The notes: generated by a model not told the origin, from the sequence alone. Positions 17,463-27,641 are shown, numbered from the stretch's first letter. The stretch is DNA of 32,000 nt from a cyanobacterium endosymbiont of Rhopalodia gibberula (GCF_003574135.1 NZ_AP018341.1:1865740-1897739); one strand, 5' to 3'. Program-made: numbers and translations.

Positions 17463-18803
17463 ATGCTGAATATTAAAAAGATTGCCGAATACGCCCAATT
17501 AAGTGCGAAAGAATTGGGAATTGATAAATATGATATCTATGGTTTATCTATCGACGAGACCAGTGTTGAGGTTGATAGTGGTGAACCTAAACAAGTCCAA
17601 GCATCAAACCGATCAAGTGTTATTGTTCGTGTCTGGAATAAACGAAAAGCAGTGGGAGTGACAACTACCACAGATCTAGACAACAAAGGCGTAAAATTAG
17701 CCTTAGAAACAGCTAGAGAAGCGAGTGAATTTGGCCGTGAAGATAATACTCCTGAGTTCAGTCCAGAAGCTCAAAGTCCTGTTACTAAGTTATCCCATAG
17801 TTTGGTGAGCCATGCACCAGTTCCTACTCTTGTCGATACTTTAATTAAAGCCGAAAAAAAACTTTTAGAAGCACATAAAGCCATTATCGGAGTTCCCTAC
17901 AATGGCTTATCTCAAGAAAGTATAGCGCGGTTCTATCTCAACAGTGAGGGAGCCCTTCGCCAAGAAGAAGGGTCTTATTCTTCGATTTACCTCTACAGTC
18001 GTACTGAGGAGGAAGGTAGAAAACCGCGAGGGGCTAGTTCAGTTAAAATTAGTCACAGCTTACCAGAGTTAGACATTAACGGTTGTTTAAAAGAAGTGAT
18101 TGAAAAGACAATTAGTCACATAAATTATCAATCTATTCCATCGGGCAAATATCGAATTATTCTTTCTCCTACATCATTTTTAAGCCTGATTGATGCTTTT
18201 TCTAATATCTTTAATGCTCAAAATATTTTAGATAACCAAAGTCTTTCTACCCGAGATTCTCTAGGAACAGAGATTGCCTCCCCTCTTCTGTGTCTATGTG
18301 ATGATGCCCTTCATCCTCATAATGTTGCAACAGAAACTTTCGACGGAGAAGGAACTCCCACTCGTCGTGTAGAATTGATTACTAATGGAATACTGTCGGG
18401 TTTATTGCACAGTGCCGGAACTGCAAAACAAATGAACGCAAAACTCACAGGTAATGCAAATATTGGCTCAAAAGTTACAGTTAGCCCTCATTTTTATCAT
18501 GTTTTTGCTTCGGAAAAATATGCCCAGAAATTAAGTTTAGAAGAATCAGACGGAGTTATTTTAGTTGATCGTTTACAGGCACTTCATGCGGGAGTTAATT
18601 CCTTACAGGGCTCATTTTCCTTACCTTTTGATGGTTGGTTAGTTAATAAGGGAGAATTAACCAGTATTGATGCGGCAACGATAGCTGGAGATATACGAGA
18701 TGTATTAAAGTCAATCATTTATATTGAGTCTGAAACAAAAGTCCTTCCTGGGGGAATTTGTCCGCGAGTTTGGGTTGATGAATTGTCTGTTACTGGAGAG
18801 TAA
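17463..18803 (+). CDS. pmbA: TldD/PmbA family metalloprotease (PmbA-like)
   Basis: I start it at ATG 17463 (MLNIKKIAEYAQ...), which matches the N-termini of homologues better than TTG 17448. TldD/PmbA architecture throughout. Confidence 0.85.
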   Translation: MLNIKKIAEYAQLSAKELGIDKYDIYGLSIDETSVEVDSGEPKQVQASNRSSVIVRVWNKRKAVGVTTTTDLDNKGVKLALETAREASEFGREDNTPEFSPEAQSPVTKLSHSLVSHAPVPTLVDTLIKAEKKLLEAHKAIIGVPYNGLSQESIARFYLNSEGALRQEEGSYSSIYLYSRTEEEGRKPRGASSVKISHSLPELDINGCLKEVIEKTISHINYQSIPSGKYRIILSPTSFLSLIDAFSNIFNAQNILDNQSLSTRDSLGTEIASPLLCLCDDALHPHNVATETFDGEGTPTRRVELITNGILSGLLHSAGTAKQMNAKLTGNANIGSKVTVSPHFYHVFASEKYAQKLSLEESDGVILVDRLQALHAGVNSLQGSFSLPFDGWLVNKGELTSIDAATIAGDIRDVLKSIIYIESETKVLPGGICPRVWVDELSVTGE

Positions 18804-19556
18804 TTAATTGGTTTTTACTATGAGAGATAATTTATACATAAAACACTGAATCGAATGAAGTAGAGATTACTCTCAGAATTAAAGTCAACGGGAAGATTGT
18901 AGGCCTTAGTCGAACTGAGTAACAGAACTTACTTCCTAAACATTCTATAATCGAAATGGTTAACGACTAACTTAAAAATATCTCTTAAATATTACATTAG
19001 AGAAATTGCAGTGTTTGGAATTGTTTTGTTTACCTTTTTGCTCAACTGATGGCCTATACCTAGTCACCTGAAAAAATTTCTCTTGGCTTAAAATCACAAG
19101 GTTAACTAACCTTGTTTTCTGCCATTTTCAAACAATTATTGCAGTCTTATATTGTTGGCATTTACTATTACTATCTCGGATAATTGTCAATTTTGTCGTA
19201 TTTTAATTTAGATATTAAGAATAATAACCATGTTTTTAAATCTCGTCTAACTCACGCTGATACGAGAAGAGTACTCATCTACAATGAAGGTGTTTGTCAT
19301 AGAATTTTATAGGTATGGATGTTTTATGACACCGCCTAATTCAGTATCACAACATTGATTATGATCTAAAACTTTGTACTGACCTTTTTTTGTATTGAAC
19401 CAATCTTAAGAAGATTAACAAAAATTTTAACAACTAGCAAACTGTTAAACGTTTGAACAATTTCCAAGTTAATGCTTTCAGAAAATTGATATTAAAATCT
19501 TATATGACTGTTTCAGTAGAATTGAGTTAAGGCTCTCCTAGACCTAACATGATAAA

Positions 19557-19703
19557 TTAGCAGCTAATAACTTCCAAAACTTTTTTTACGACTGTATCCT
19601 TTAACTCTAAAAACCAGATCTTTATCAAGACCAATTTGACGAAGTCTTGGAAAATCTGGGAAACAAGACTTTCAGCTTCTATTTGTTGTTTGTCATGGTT
19701 TTG
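19557..19703 (-). pseudogene. start-less gene fragment
   Basis: A 48-codon open stretch bounded by stops, with no start codon: QNHDKQQIEAESLVSQIFQDFVKLVLIKIWFLELKDTVVKKVLEVISC. It begins 38 nt downstream of the 19742..20074 gene on the same strand. Confidence 0.3.
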
Positions 19704-19741
19704 TCACGGCTAGTCTAGAAGGGCCAGAGTTAATCACCGGT

Positions 19742-20074
19742 CTAATCAGAAACAGCCTCAGAAGGTTCTTGTTGTAATCTTCTTTGTTGGATTAGTTTAA
19801 ATTCCTGAGCTGCTTTATTGAGATTATTATTCGTATCTTCAGCAAAGTCGCCGGCGTTACGACTTCGTTGTAAATTAGAACGGTGCATTAGATCCATTGG
19901 ATTAAAAATGTTACCAAGTTCCCCAGCAGGATCTTGTTCGTTACTTTGATAACGATTTTCCTCATTAATAACATCAACAGACTGGGCTAATATTATCCGA
20001 GGAATTCCATTTACTGTTCCTAAACCAATTAAAACACAAAATAATTGTTTCAAAGACACGTTAATAGACATCAT
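19742..20074 (-). CDS. small secreted conserved hypothetical protein
   Basis: 110 aa. N-terminal signal-like hydrophobic segment, then a polar Q/N/E-rich body. It is the last gene after the ABC pair on the same strand. Confidence 0.5.
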   Translation of the reverse strand: MMSINVSLKQLFCVLIGLGTVNGIPRIILAQSVDVINEENRYQSNEQDPAGELGNIFNPMDLMHRSNLQRSRNAGDFAEDTNNNLNKAAQEFKLIQQRRLQQEPSEAVSD

Positions 20075-20128
20075 TAAAACTCACTTCTACATACAACCAA
20101 ACATTAAACATCTTAAATTGAGACTACC

Positions 20129-21025
20129 CTAAGCAAAACGACGACGCAACAAAGGTTGAATGGCTACTAATATTAACGCATTGAAGGCTAACAATAGAAA
20201 CAAAACCAATCCAAAACTTAGGTCTGCCCAAGGAGTTTGTAGTACCAAACTATTCAAAGACCAACTTTCATTGAGATAAACATAACGAATCGGTTCAATG
20301 GCATAGGTAAGGGGGTTTAAACTGACGATAATCTGTAGCCATTTGGCCATGAATGATAAAGGAGCTAAAGCGGTACTTGCAAATAATAAAGGCAAATTTG
20401 TCACGAAAATTACTGCGATTAATTCAATATGACCTGGTAAAGCAAAAGCAAGTCCCAAACTTAATCCTGTTACTCCTAAGACGATAGAAAAGACAACTAG
20501 GGAAATTGTACCTAATCCAATTAAGCTTGGCAAACTAGCTCCTAGAACAGTGCTAGCTCCCACAATGACTGCTGTCTGGATTAAACTCAAGATAATTATA
20601 TAGATGGTAGAAGCAGCCACAATCGAATAACGAGAAGCTAATGGCGCAACTAATAAACGATTGAGAAAACCAAATTCTCTGTCAAACATTACGGGCAAAC
20701 CCGCATTCAATGCGCCTGAAAAAGCAGTAAAAACTATAATACCAGGAGCAAGAAACTTAGCGTAATTAAGCTCTTCTCCAAATAACCCTTGAGGAGCATT
20801 GTGAAACAGTGCGCCAAACAAAACTAACCACATAAACGGTTGAATAATACCAGCAATTAAGGTTGATGGACGGCGTTGCAGTTGAATAAAAAGACGCTTT
20901 GTCATAGCAAGGGTTTCTTGAATAAATTCACCCAAAATATTGCCGTCTTCATCTATGGGGGTTGTTTTTTGTTTTTTCGGAGATAAAGCAGATTTAACCT
21001 TAGAAGAGATCATAGTTTGACTCAT
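20129..21025 (-). CDS. ABC-2 type transporter permease
   Basis: 298 aa. Six predicted TM helices with ABC-2 family layout. It lies directly downstream of the ATPase. Confidence 0.85.
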   Translation of the reverse strand: MSQTMISSKVKSALSPKKQKTTPIDEDGNILGEFIQETLAMTKRLFIQLQRRPSTLIAGIIQPFMWLVLFGALFHNAPQGLFGEELNYAKFLAPGIIVFTAFSGALNAGLPVMFDREFGFLNRLLVAPLASRYSIVAASTIYIIILSLIQTAVIVGASTVLGASLPSLIGLGTISLVVFSIVLGVTGLSLGLAFALPGHIELIAVIFVTNLPLLFASTALAPLSFMAKWLQIIVSLNPLTYAIEPIRYVYLNESWSLNSLVLQTPWADLSFGLVLFLLLAFNALILVAIQPLLRRRFA

Positions 21026-21191
21026 ATTGGTTATTCCTCATCGATACACAATATCTAAAAATTGACATGCTGACATACAATTTGCACCTAAAAAACGAAT
21101 TAACCTATTTTTTTGTCTATTGTCTGTCTTAATAAACAAGTAGAACTTAAATGCAAGGTGGGCAATGTTTACTCTAAAGAGTAGGATCACT

Positions 21192-22211
21192 TCATTTCAT
21201 TTGTTGTTTTTTCTCAGCTTTTAGATTTCGAATACTGGCGGACTCCAATTCGGCATCCATCAAAGTTTGACCAGTGGCGGCTAAGTAGACATCATCAAGA
21301 CTAGGACGAGATTGAGCTAAGCTGAAAATAGGTAGTCCTGACTCTATTAAAGATTGTTCAATTTGACTTAAACAATTACTTCCTATGGTCACCACAAGGT
21401 TAAGAGAATTGCCTTGGCAGTGATTAATTATCACCTCTTCAACAAAGGGTAAATCTTGAAGTAAAGTTTTGGCTTGTCGGGCCTCTTCGGCTGGAGAAAA
21501 TTCCCGGATTTTTAGGGTAACGCGATCACCACCTACTCGATTTTTTAACTGAGAAGGAGTTCCCTCAGCAATAACTTGCCCTTGATTTATAATGGCTAAG
21601 CGGTCAGCTAAGGCATCAATTTCTTCAAGATAATGGCTAGTAATTAAGATAGTTGTGCCAGCTTGTTGTAATTTCCGTAAGAATTCCCAAACAATAAACC
21701 TACTTTCTATATCTAGCCCTACGGTAGGTTCATCTAGTACCAATACCTCTGGTCGATGGAGCAAACCAGCTGCTAAATCTAGGCGTTTACGGATACCCCC
21801 TGAATACGTTCCAGTTTGGCGATCAGCGTAGGTTTCTAGGTCCAGCAAGCTGATTAATTCAGCAATACGATTTTTGGCTTTCTTTTGGGGAAGATGATAA
21901 AGGGCGGCTTGCAATTCTAATAATTCTCGTCCTGTCAATACTTGATCTAAGGCTACTTCTTGGGCTACATATCCTAAACGGCGACGGGCCGCTTTGGGGC
22001 GCTCAAGAACGGAAATTCCCGCTACTTCAATTTTACCACCATCAGGCTTGGACAAAGTACATAAACAGCGAATGGTAGTGGTTTTTCCCGCTCCATTAGG
22101 ACCTAATAAGCCGAAAATCTCCCCCGGTTGTACTTTAAAGGAGATGTCTTTAATCGCTTCAAGAGTACCATAATTTTTTTTGAGGGACTCAATAACAATG
22201 GCAGGGATCAT
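21192..22211 (-). CDS. ABC transporter ATP-binding protein (DrrA/ABC-2 subfamily)
   Basis: Walker A GLLGPNGAGKTT, signature YSGGIRKRL, Walker B LVLDEPTVGLD. I start it at the ATG at 22211 (MIPAIVIESLKKNYG), not at 22388. Confidence 0.9.
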   Translation of the reverse strand: MIPAIVIESLKKNYGTLEAIKDISFKVQPGEIFGLLGPNGAGKTTTIRCLCTLSKPDGGKIEVAGISVLERPKAARRRLGYVAQEVALDQVLTGRELLELQAALYHLPQKKAKNRIAELISLLDLETYADRQTGTYSGGIRKRLDLAAGLLHRPEVLVLDEPTVGLDIESRFIVWEFLRKLQQAGTTILITSHYLEEIDALADRLAIINQGQVIAEGTPSQLKNRVGGDRVTLKIREFSPAEEARQAKTLLQDLPFVEEVIINHCQGNSLNLVVTIGSNCLSQIEQSLIESGLPIFSLAQSRPSLDDVYLAATGQTLMDAELESASIRNLKAEKKQQMK

Positions 22212-22246
22212 AACCGATTTATAATTGGGAAGTAACGATACGAACA

Positions 22247-22298
22247 ACCTCATTACTTTCGCATGAGGTCTCCTTGGCTCAGTTCGATTCCGAACTGA
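22247..22298 (-). other. two adjacent hairpins in the ABC-ATPase leader
   Basis: A 7-bp stem acctcat / atgaggt at 22247-22269 and an 8-bp stem tcagttcg / cgaactga with a 4-nt loop at 22279-22298. Both lie 36-87 nt upstream of the ATG at 22211. Confidence 0.4.
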
Positions 22299-22624
22299 TG
22301 TCATCCTCGGTGTGCCATTTTTGAGCAACAGCCACACCTTAGGGAATATCTCCCGTAGGCGCAAATTCTGATAGTTATTGCCGTACAATAGATGACTTTA
22401 TTTAGTTGTTGTGAACCGATGTTTGATATCGATCCTTTTTTATTGTATTGGAAGTTTAGGAAATGTGGGGAGTACGAACAGAGATTGTAAATTATAGTCA
22501 GCAGATTATTTAATGGATGAACTGATTCCAAAGCAACCATAGGACGTCCAGTTATTTCTCTTCATTGAAATATTTAATTTTAAATTTATTTAAAATTAAA
22601 TCTAGAATTTAGAAAATAATGTTC

Positions 22625-22660
22625 TTAATCAACTGATTTTTTGAAAAATCAGTTGATTAA
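22625..22660. repeat. 36-nt near-perfect palindrome
   Basis: ttaatcaactgattttt tg aaaaatcagttgattaa. Two 17-nt arms that are exact reverse complements, separated by 2 nt. Confidence 0.9.
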
Positions 22661-23169
22661 AATTAATTGTAGGCAAAAGTTAGCCTTGTCCTTTTGAGAA
22701 ATTACATTTGTCCTCAGTCTTTTGTATTCTCTGAATAAGAATACTGATAACAGTCAAAAATTGACTAAATTAATCGAGGTAGCCAGTTTAAATTATGATT
22801 CAAGTTCCTCAACGACTTCAAGTGTTGAATTAACATCTAAAACTTCTATACGCTGAAATAAATTCTTCTCTTATGCATCAAATACAATAAGTTTCAGAAA
22901 TCATGGCGCTCAATCTTAATAACCTGGATTCTTCGGTCATCTTAACTCTGTTGTAGACAGGTATCGTATTCATAATTGTTGGAGTTACACACGATAAGTC
23001 AATCAATTCAATCGATCCATATCGGACTTAATATATTAATTACCAGAACAAAAAAGATCTCTTTAAGCGATCATTGGTTATTTTCCATACAATATGAAAA
23101 CCTGCCCCCCATTAGGGGGTAGTCTTGGAATTAGATTAAAAATTCCTAAGACTAAATCGATTCAGTCTA

Positions 23170-23549
23170 GTCCAAATTTTCCTTTATATACCCTAACGAT
23201 CCCTCAATATCTTTCCATTCAGTAAGACTAAGAAAGAGAACACACAAGCACAAACTAAACAAAGGACCGACGATAGTCACCTAAATAAGAATAGAGTAAT
23301 GGAATTAGACTTAATACCTTGAGGGCAATCAACTAAGCTATGCCCTAATTAATGAAGTAAGGCCGAACTAAATAGTAACAAAACAATTGATTAGCTAAGT
23401 TAACCATCCTAATCCAGGGATACTACTCGCCAACTCTTAGCTTATAAGACCTTGAGCATGAACAAGAGCGATCAAAATCACAATTAAAAGCCAAAACTAA
23501 GAGGAATCAAGATATATAAAGATTCCTAAACAAAGAGCCGATTTACCAT
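23170..23549 (-). pseudogene. eroded membrane-protein gene (family unknown)
   Basis: One minus-strand frame contains FWLLIVILIALVHAQGLIS (23440-23496) and VTIVGPLFSLCLCVLFLSLTEWKDIEGSLGYIKENLD (23170-23280), separated by several stops. Confidence 0.3.
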
Positions 23550-23815
23550 TTTTTTGTACAGATCTCAGGAGAGGTGAAGTTAGCTAGGGTCAGTAGATAA
23601 TTAAGGGAAGTCTTATTAGCTGCGAGCTCGCCGATAGATCATCTACAACAAGAATTTTCAGAGGGGTGTGAACTAATAGTTAAGTGCAAACTATAAGCTA
23701 CAGCACCTTAAATATAAACTACAGAACCTCTATGGTGGAAAGAAAATAATAAAACATTCATGGTCTTTACCCTGCTTACCCTCAAACCTTATCAAGAATA
23801 ACTTGTCAGCTTCTG

Positions 23816-24538
23816 TTAACCTTTTAGTTCAGCCCCGGCTGCTTGATCAAGTAACCACCAGAGTTCGTCTTGGGGCTTAATAAAACGGGAGGGATAAGTT
23901 TTTCCATCGGCTTCAGGAGCCATAATTTGAGCTAAAGCCGGACGTTTATTCTCGCCAGCCACAATAAAAATCACACAATGAGCTTGATTAATCAAAGGGA
24001 TAGTAAACGTTAGACGAGGTTGTCCATCTTTGTTACCTACAGTGATTAAGCAATTACGAACATCGAGGGCTGCTGTTTGAGGGAACAAGGAAGCTGTATG
24101 ACCATCATCCCCCATACCAAGTAATACGACATCCAAAGAGGGAAACTCTTCTGGAAAAACCTGAAAAAACTCTCTTAATTCAGCCTCGTAGATTTGGGCA
24201 TCAACAGCAGGATCACCTGACTCTGTGGGCATAGGATGGATATTTTCTGCTGGAATAGGGACTAGATTGAGCCAAGCTTGACGTGCCATTCGTTGATTAC
24301 TGTCTGAATGATCACGACTCACGTAACGTTCGTCTCCCCAGAAAATATGTATTTTTTCCCAGGGTAAAGATTGCTTAGCTAAGGCTTCATACAATGGTTT
24401 AGGAGTGCTGCCCCCAGATAGAGCGAGGCTACATTTTCCTTTGTTTTGAATAGCATTAGTTATTTTTTCCACCGTCAGAGACAGAGATCGCTCAATTAGA
24501 GCAGTTTTATTGGGTAAGACTTCAATCAATTTTTTCAT
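23816..24538 (-). CDS. pgl: 6-phosphogluconolactonase
   Basis: LALSGGSTPKPLYEAL, IFWGDERYV and GMGDDGHTASLFP motifs. 240 aa. Confidence 0.9.
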   Translation of the reverse strand: MKKLIEVLPNKTALIERSLSLTVEKITNAIQNKGKCSLALSGGSTPKPLYEALAKQSLPWEKIHIFWGDERYVSRDHSDSNQRMARQAWLNLVPIPAENIHPMPTESGDPAVDAQIYEAELREFFQVFPEEFPSLDVVLLGMGDDGHTASLFPQTAALDVRNCLITVGNKDGQPRLTFTIPLINQAHCVIFIVAGENKRPALAQIMAPEADGKTYPSRFIKPQDELWWLLDQAAGAELKG

Positions 24539-25013
24539 TGCTTTTAAATCGTGTTCAACTGTAACCTATGTAGACTCTTTATGAGCAAGGCTTTTAGATA
24601 GAAGGTAAAAGGAGACACCGGATCTATATTTTCGATGGGATTTCACCAACACGCAGTGTCAACCTAAAACAACTGAGAGGAACAAATTTCTTCAAATTCT
24701 AAACCCGTTCTCAGTTATTAGCTGTTTTAGCACAAACTAATCGGACCACTAAATACTATCATATTGACAGTGATTGTTATCCTGACAAATTTGTACCTAA
24801 TGTTTTAACAGGATGGTTAGGAGAAAGATTTACTTGTCAATTCCCCAACAACATCCATTTTTTGGGGAGAGGGTTTGCCGAAAAGGGTATGACCCGTAGC
24901 TATTTTCGGTGTTTAAATTGCCTCTGAAATGGTGGTGAACTCTATTATTGTCAGGTATGGTTTAACCTCTTTCATCAATCCCCACTGAATAAATCAACAG
25001 CCAAGCAGATAAA

Positions 25014-25811
25014 ATGACGATGAATAACCGTGCCTTTACCTCTCTTTCGCTTAAACTCATTGGAGTGGTTTTGCTCCTGTCTTCCTTGTTGGACTATATT
25101 ACTCTAGCTATTCCTTTAAACTTGCAAAGTTCTCAATGGCAAATTGGATTGCTTACAAGTATTGTTGATCGTGGAATCGTTCCCTTGGTGGGGATAGGGT
25201 TGATTTTGGTCGGATATTTTATCGAAAACTTGAACGATGCTAATCCTCATAAACCCTCTGAATTCGATCTACGAGTCCCTATTTATGTCCTGGCTACCAT
25301 TATGGGGCTTATGTTTTTGTTAATTGTTCCGCTTCATCTCAATAATCTTAATGAAGCTAAAGTCAATGCCCTTAATCAAATTGAACAAGGAGCTGGACAG
25401 GGATCTGAGCAAATTCAAGCATTTTTAAGTCAAATCGATCAATTATCTAAAAATCCCCAACGTCTTAGCCAACAGATTCAACAGTTAAATCAAGTAGTTG
25501 AGTCAGGACAAGTTCAAGGACAATCTCTCAATGCTCAACAGCTAGAACAATTACAACAACAACGTACCCAACTCAAACAATTACAGGATTTATCTAAAAA
25601 TCCAACAGAATACAAAAATCGCATTGATGAGTTGACTGAACAATTAGAAGCGCAGTTAGTTGATCAACGCAGACAAGCCGAAAATAAAGCCAAAACTCAA
25701 GCTTTTAAGCAAAGTTTACGTATTGGGTTAAGTAGTTTGATGCTAGCTATCGTTTATAGTGCTGTTGGCTGGATTGGATTAAAAGTTGTGATGGGGAGCA
25801 AAACTTCTTAA
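25014..25811 (+). CDS. HpsJ-like membrane protein with Q-rich coiled coil
   Basis: N-terminal pattern LSLKLIGVVLLLSSLLDYITLAIP..QWQIGLLTSIVDRGIVPLVG. Three or four TM helices plus a central Q/L-rich coiled-coil. The family name is from memory. Confidence 0.5.
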   Translation: MTMNNRAFTSLSLKLIGVVLLLSSLLDYITLAIPLNLQSSQWQIGLLTSIVDRGIVPLVGIGLILVGYFIENLNDANPHKPSEFDLRVPIYVLATIMGLMFLLIVPLHLNNLNEAKVNALNQIEQGAGQGSEQIQAFLSQIDQLSKNPQRLSQQIQQLNQVVESGQVQGQSLNAQQLEQLQQQRTQLKQLQDLSKNPTEYKNRIDELTEQLEAQLVDQRRQAENKAKTQAFKQSLRIGLSSLMLAIVYSAVGWIGLKVVMGSKTS

Positions 25812-26011
25812 ATTTCAAGAAGACAAACCATCATAGCTAAATTGCCGATGTTCCTTTTGTCTTTCTGACTCAAATACTTTTTCAGCAATGCCTAAAAAGC
25901 CTACGATGACTAGACTCAGTGCGATTGGTTAGATTGATATCCCCTAAATTCTGAACAAACTATGATACGATAAATGGGATTAATTACCTTCTTATTGAAG
26001 AGTTTGCGGAC

Positions 26012-26752
26012 GTGCTTCAAGGCTTCAAGCAAGATCTAAAAAATGATCTAATTGCCGGTTTGTTAGTGGTGATTCCTCTAGCAACAACCATTTGGCTAAC
26101 TATCACTGTTGCTAGCTGGGTAGTTAATTTGCTGACGCAAATTCCTAAACAGCTTAATCCTTTTGACGGGCTTGATCCGATTCTGAGCTACTGTCTTAAT
26201 TTGCTCGTGGGATTAGCCGTTCCTCTGCTCTGTATTTTGATTATTGGCTTAATGGCCCGCAATATTGCAGGCCGTTGGTTGTTGGATTTAGGAGAACGAA
26301 TTTTACAATCAATTCCCTTGGCTGGAGCTGTTTATAAAACCCTTCAACAAATTCTAGAAACCCTATTTAAGGATTCTAAAAGTAAGTTTCGCCGCGTCGT
26401 CATGATCGAGTACCCCCGTCAAGGGGTATGGAGTCTTGGTTTTGTCACTGGAGCGTTGAGTGCTCAATTGCAATCTCATCTGAATGAGCCGATGCTTAGT
26501 GTTTTTATTCCGACAACTCCTAACCCTACCTCTGGGTGGTATGCTATTGTTTCTGAAAATGATGTGATTAACTTATCGATTTCCATCGAAGATGCCTTCA
26601 AAGTGCTGATTTCTGGCGGTATAGTCAGCCCTCATGCCACAGCATCGATTTCAGTTACTGTATCTCAATCTCATGATCAAAAGTTAGTTTCATTAGAAAA
26701 CCCCATCATTCCAGAATCTGCTCATACTATTTCGACGGAAGACGAAACCTAA
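26012..26752 (+). CDS. DUF502 domain membrane protein
   Basis: LKNDLIAGLLVVIPLATTIWLT and TPNPTSGWY motifs. GTG start. Confidence 0.8.
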   Translation: MLQGFKQDLKNDLIAGLLVVIPLATTIWLTITVASWVVNLLTQIPKQLNPFDGLDPILSYCLNLLVGLAVPLLCILIIGLMARNIAGRWLLDLGERILQSIPLAGAVYKTLQQILETLFKDSKSKFRRVVMIEYPRQGVWSLGFVTGALSAQLQSHLNEPMLSVFIPTTPNPTSGWYAIVSENDVINLSISIEDAFKVLISGGIVSPHATASISVTVSQSHDQKLVSLENPIIPESAHTISTEDET

Positions 26753-26913
26753 TAAATGTGCATCATAAACTATACGGTTAATGGTTCATAGTTTGTCATA
26801 GCCTTATGAATTCCTGAGTACGAGTCTATTGCCTATTAACACGAGTGCAATTGTACAGTCTACTTTGGAATTTTTCTTGTTTTCTCACTTTTGATTCCTG
26901 ATACCATCATACT

Positions 26914-27561
26914 ATGCATTTTAATCAGAAACCTCGCCGAATATCCCGTGAATTGGCCTTGTTGAGTCTAAGTCAAATTAAGGGAGGTTCCGAAAAAATT
27001 GAACAAAAAGAGTTGAGCAATTTAGTCTTAGCAGCAATTCGTACTTTAACCACTGAAGGACAAGATATTTTGGAAACTGCTGCAGCAGAGATAACACGTA
27101 GTTATGAACGGTTGCTAAAAAGTGAGACTCGAGCGGCTGATGTTCAAAGTGCAAAAGCTATGGTGTCCGAAGCTATTGAACTAGCCCAAGGAGCTATTAA
27201 CCGCTTAGTCCATGCAATTGAACTACCAGAAATAATTCAGCTTTCGAGTCAACACGAGGTGCGAGAGTATACATTGGAGTTGATCGAAACTGTTTATCAT
27301 CGTCGACTCGAGATCGACCAGCAGCTTGAGTCCGTTCTCGTAGACTGGCAATTAAGCCGTTTGCCCAAAATTGATCGAGATATTTTAAGAATATCAGCGG
27401 CAGAGATTCTTTTTCTCAATGTCCCTCGCAAAGTCTCCATTAATGAAGCAGTAGAAATGGCTAAGCGCTATTCTGACGATGAGGGTTATCGTTTTATTAA
27501 TGGAGTTTTACGGCGATTGACCGAACACTTGAGAAAATCTGAGAAAATTAATGACCCCTAA
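26914..27561 (+). CDS. nusB: transcription antitermination factor NusB
   Basis: RELALLSL at the N-terminus, [14 protein letters not shown] and [25 protein letters not shown]. This is the long cyanobacterial form. Confidence 0.9.
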   Translation: MHFNQKPRRISRELALLSLSQIKGGSEKIEQKELSNLVLAAIRTLTTEGQDILETAAAEITRSYERLLKSETRAADVQSAKAMVSEAIELAQGAINRLVHAIELPEIIQLSSQHEVREYTLELIETVYHRRLEIDQQLESVLVDWQLSRLPKIDRDILRISAAEILFLNVPRKVSINEAVEMAKRYSDDEGYRFINGVLRRLTEHLRKSEKINDP

Positions 27562-27641
27562 AGATCCCATCCAAAAAACTAGAAGACTTTGGAGTAGGGA
27601 ATTAAAGCGATTTAGGAAGACTGACGATTGAAATGAGACAT

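Noticed and set aside
21156-21174. aggtgggcaatgtttactc as a third decayed palindromic element
   Set aside because: Only 4 of 9 positions of the predicted right arm match. That is too weak to distinguish from chance, although most mismatches would be C-to-T.
22279-22298. GTTCGATTCC-like string suggesting a tRNA or tmRNA T-arm
   Set aside because: It folds as an 8-bp stem with a 4-nt loop rather than a 5-bp stem with a 7-nt T-loop. No acceptor, D or anticodon arms can be built from the flanks.
22212-22388. N-terminal 59 codons of the 398-aa ORF 21192..22388
   Set aside because: The ABC ATPase homology begins at the ATG at 22211. The extension is basic low-complexity sequence overlapping hairpins, so it is treated as leader rather than protein.
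22301-22540. 79-aa ORF 22301..22540(-)
   Set aside because: It has no homology features, overlaps the spurious extension of the ATPase ORF, and has cysteine- and arginine-rich shadow-like composition.
25380-25700. Repetitive Q-rich coding stretch in the HpsJ-like gene as a DNA tandem repeat
   Set aside because: It is a low-complexity coiled-coil (QQLEQLQQQRTQLKQLQDL) with no exact nucleotide periodicity. It is a compositional feature of the protein.
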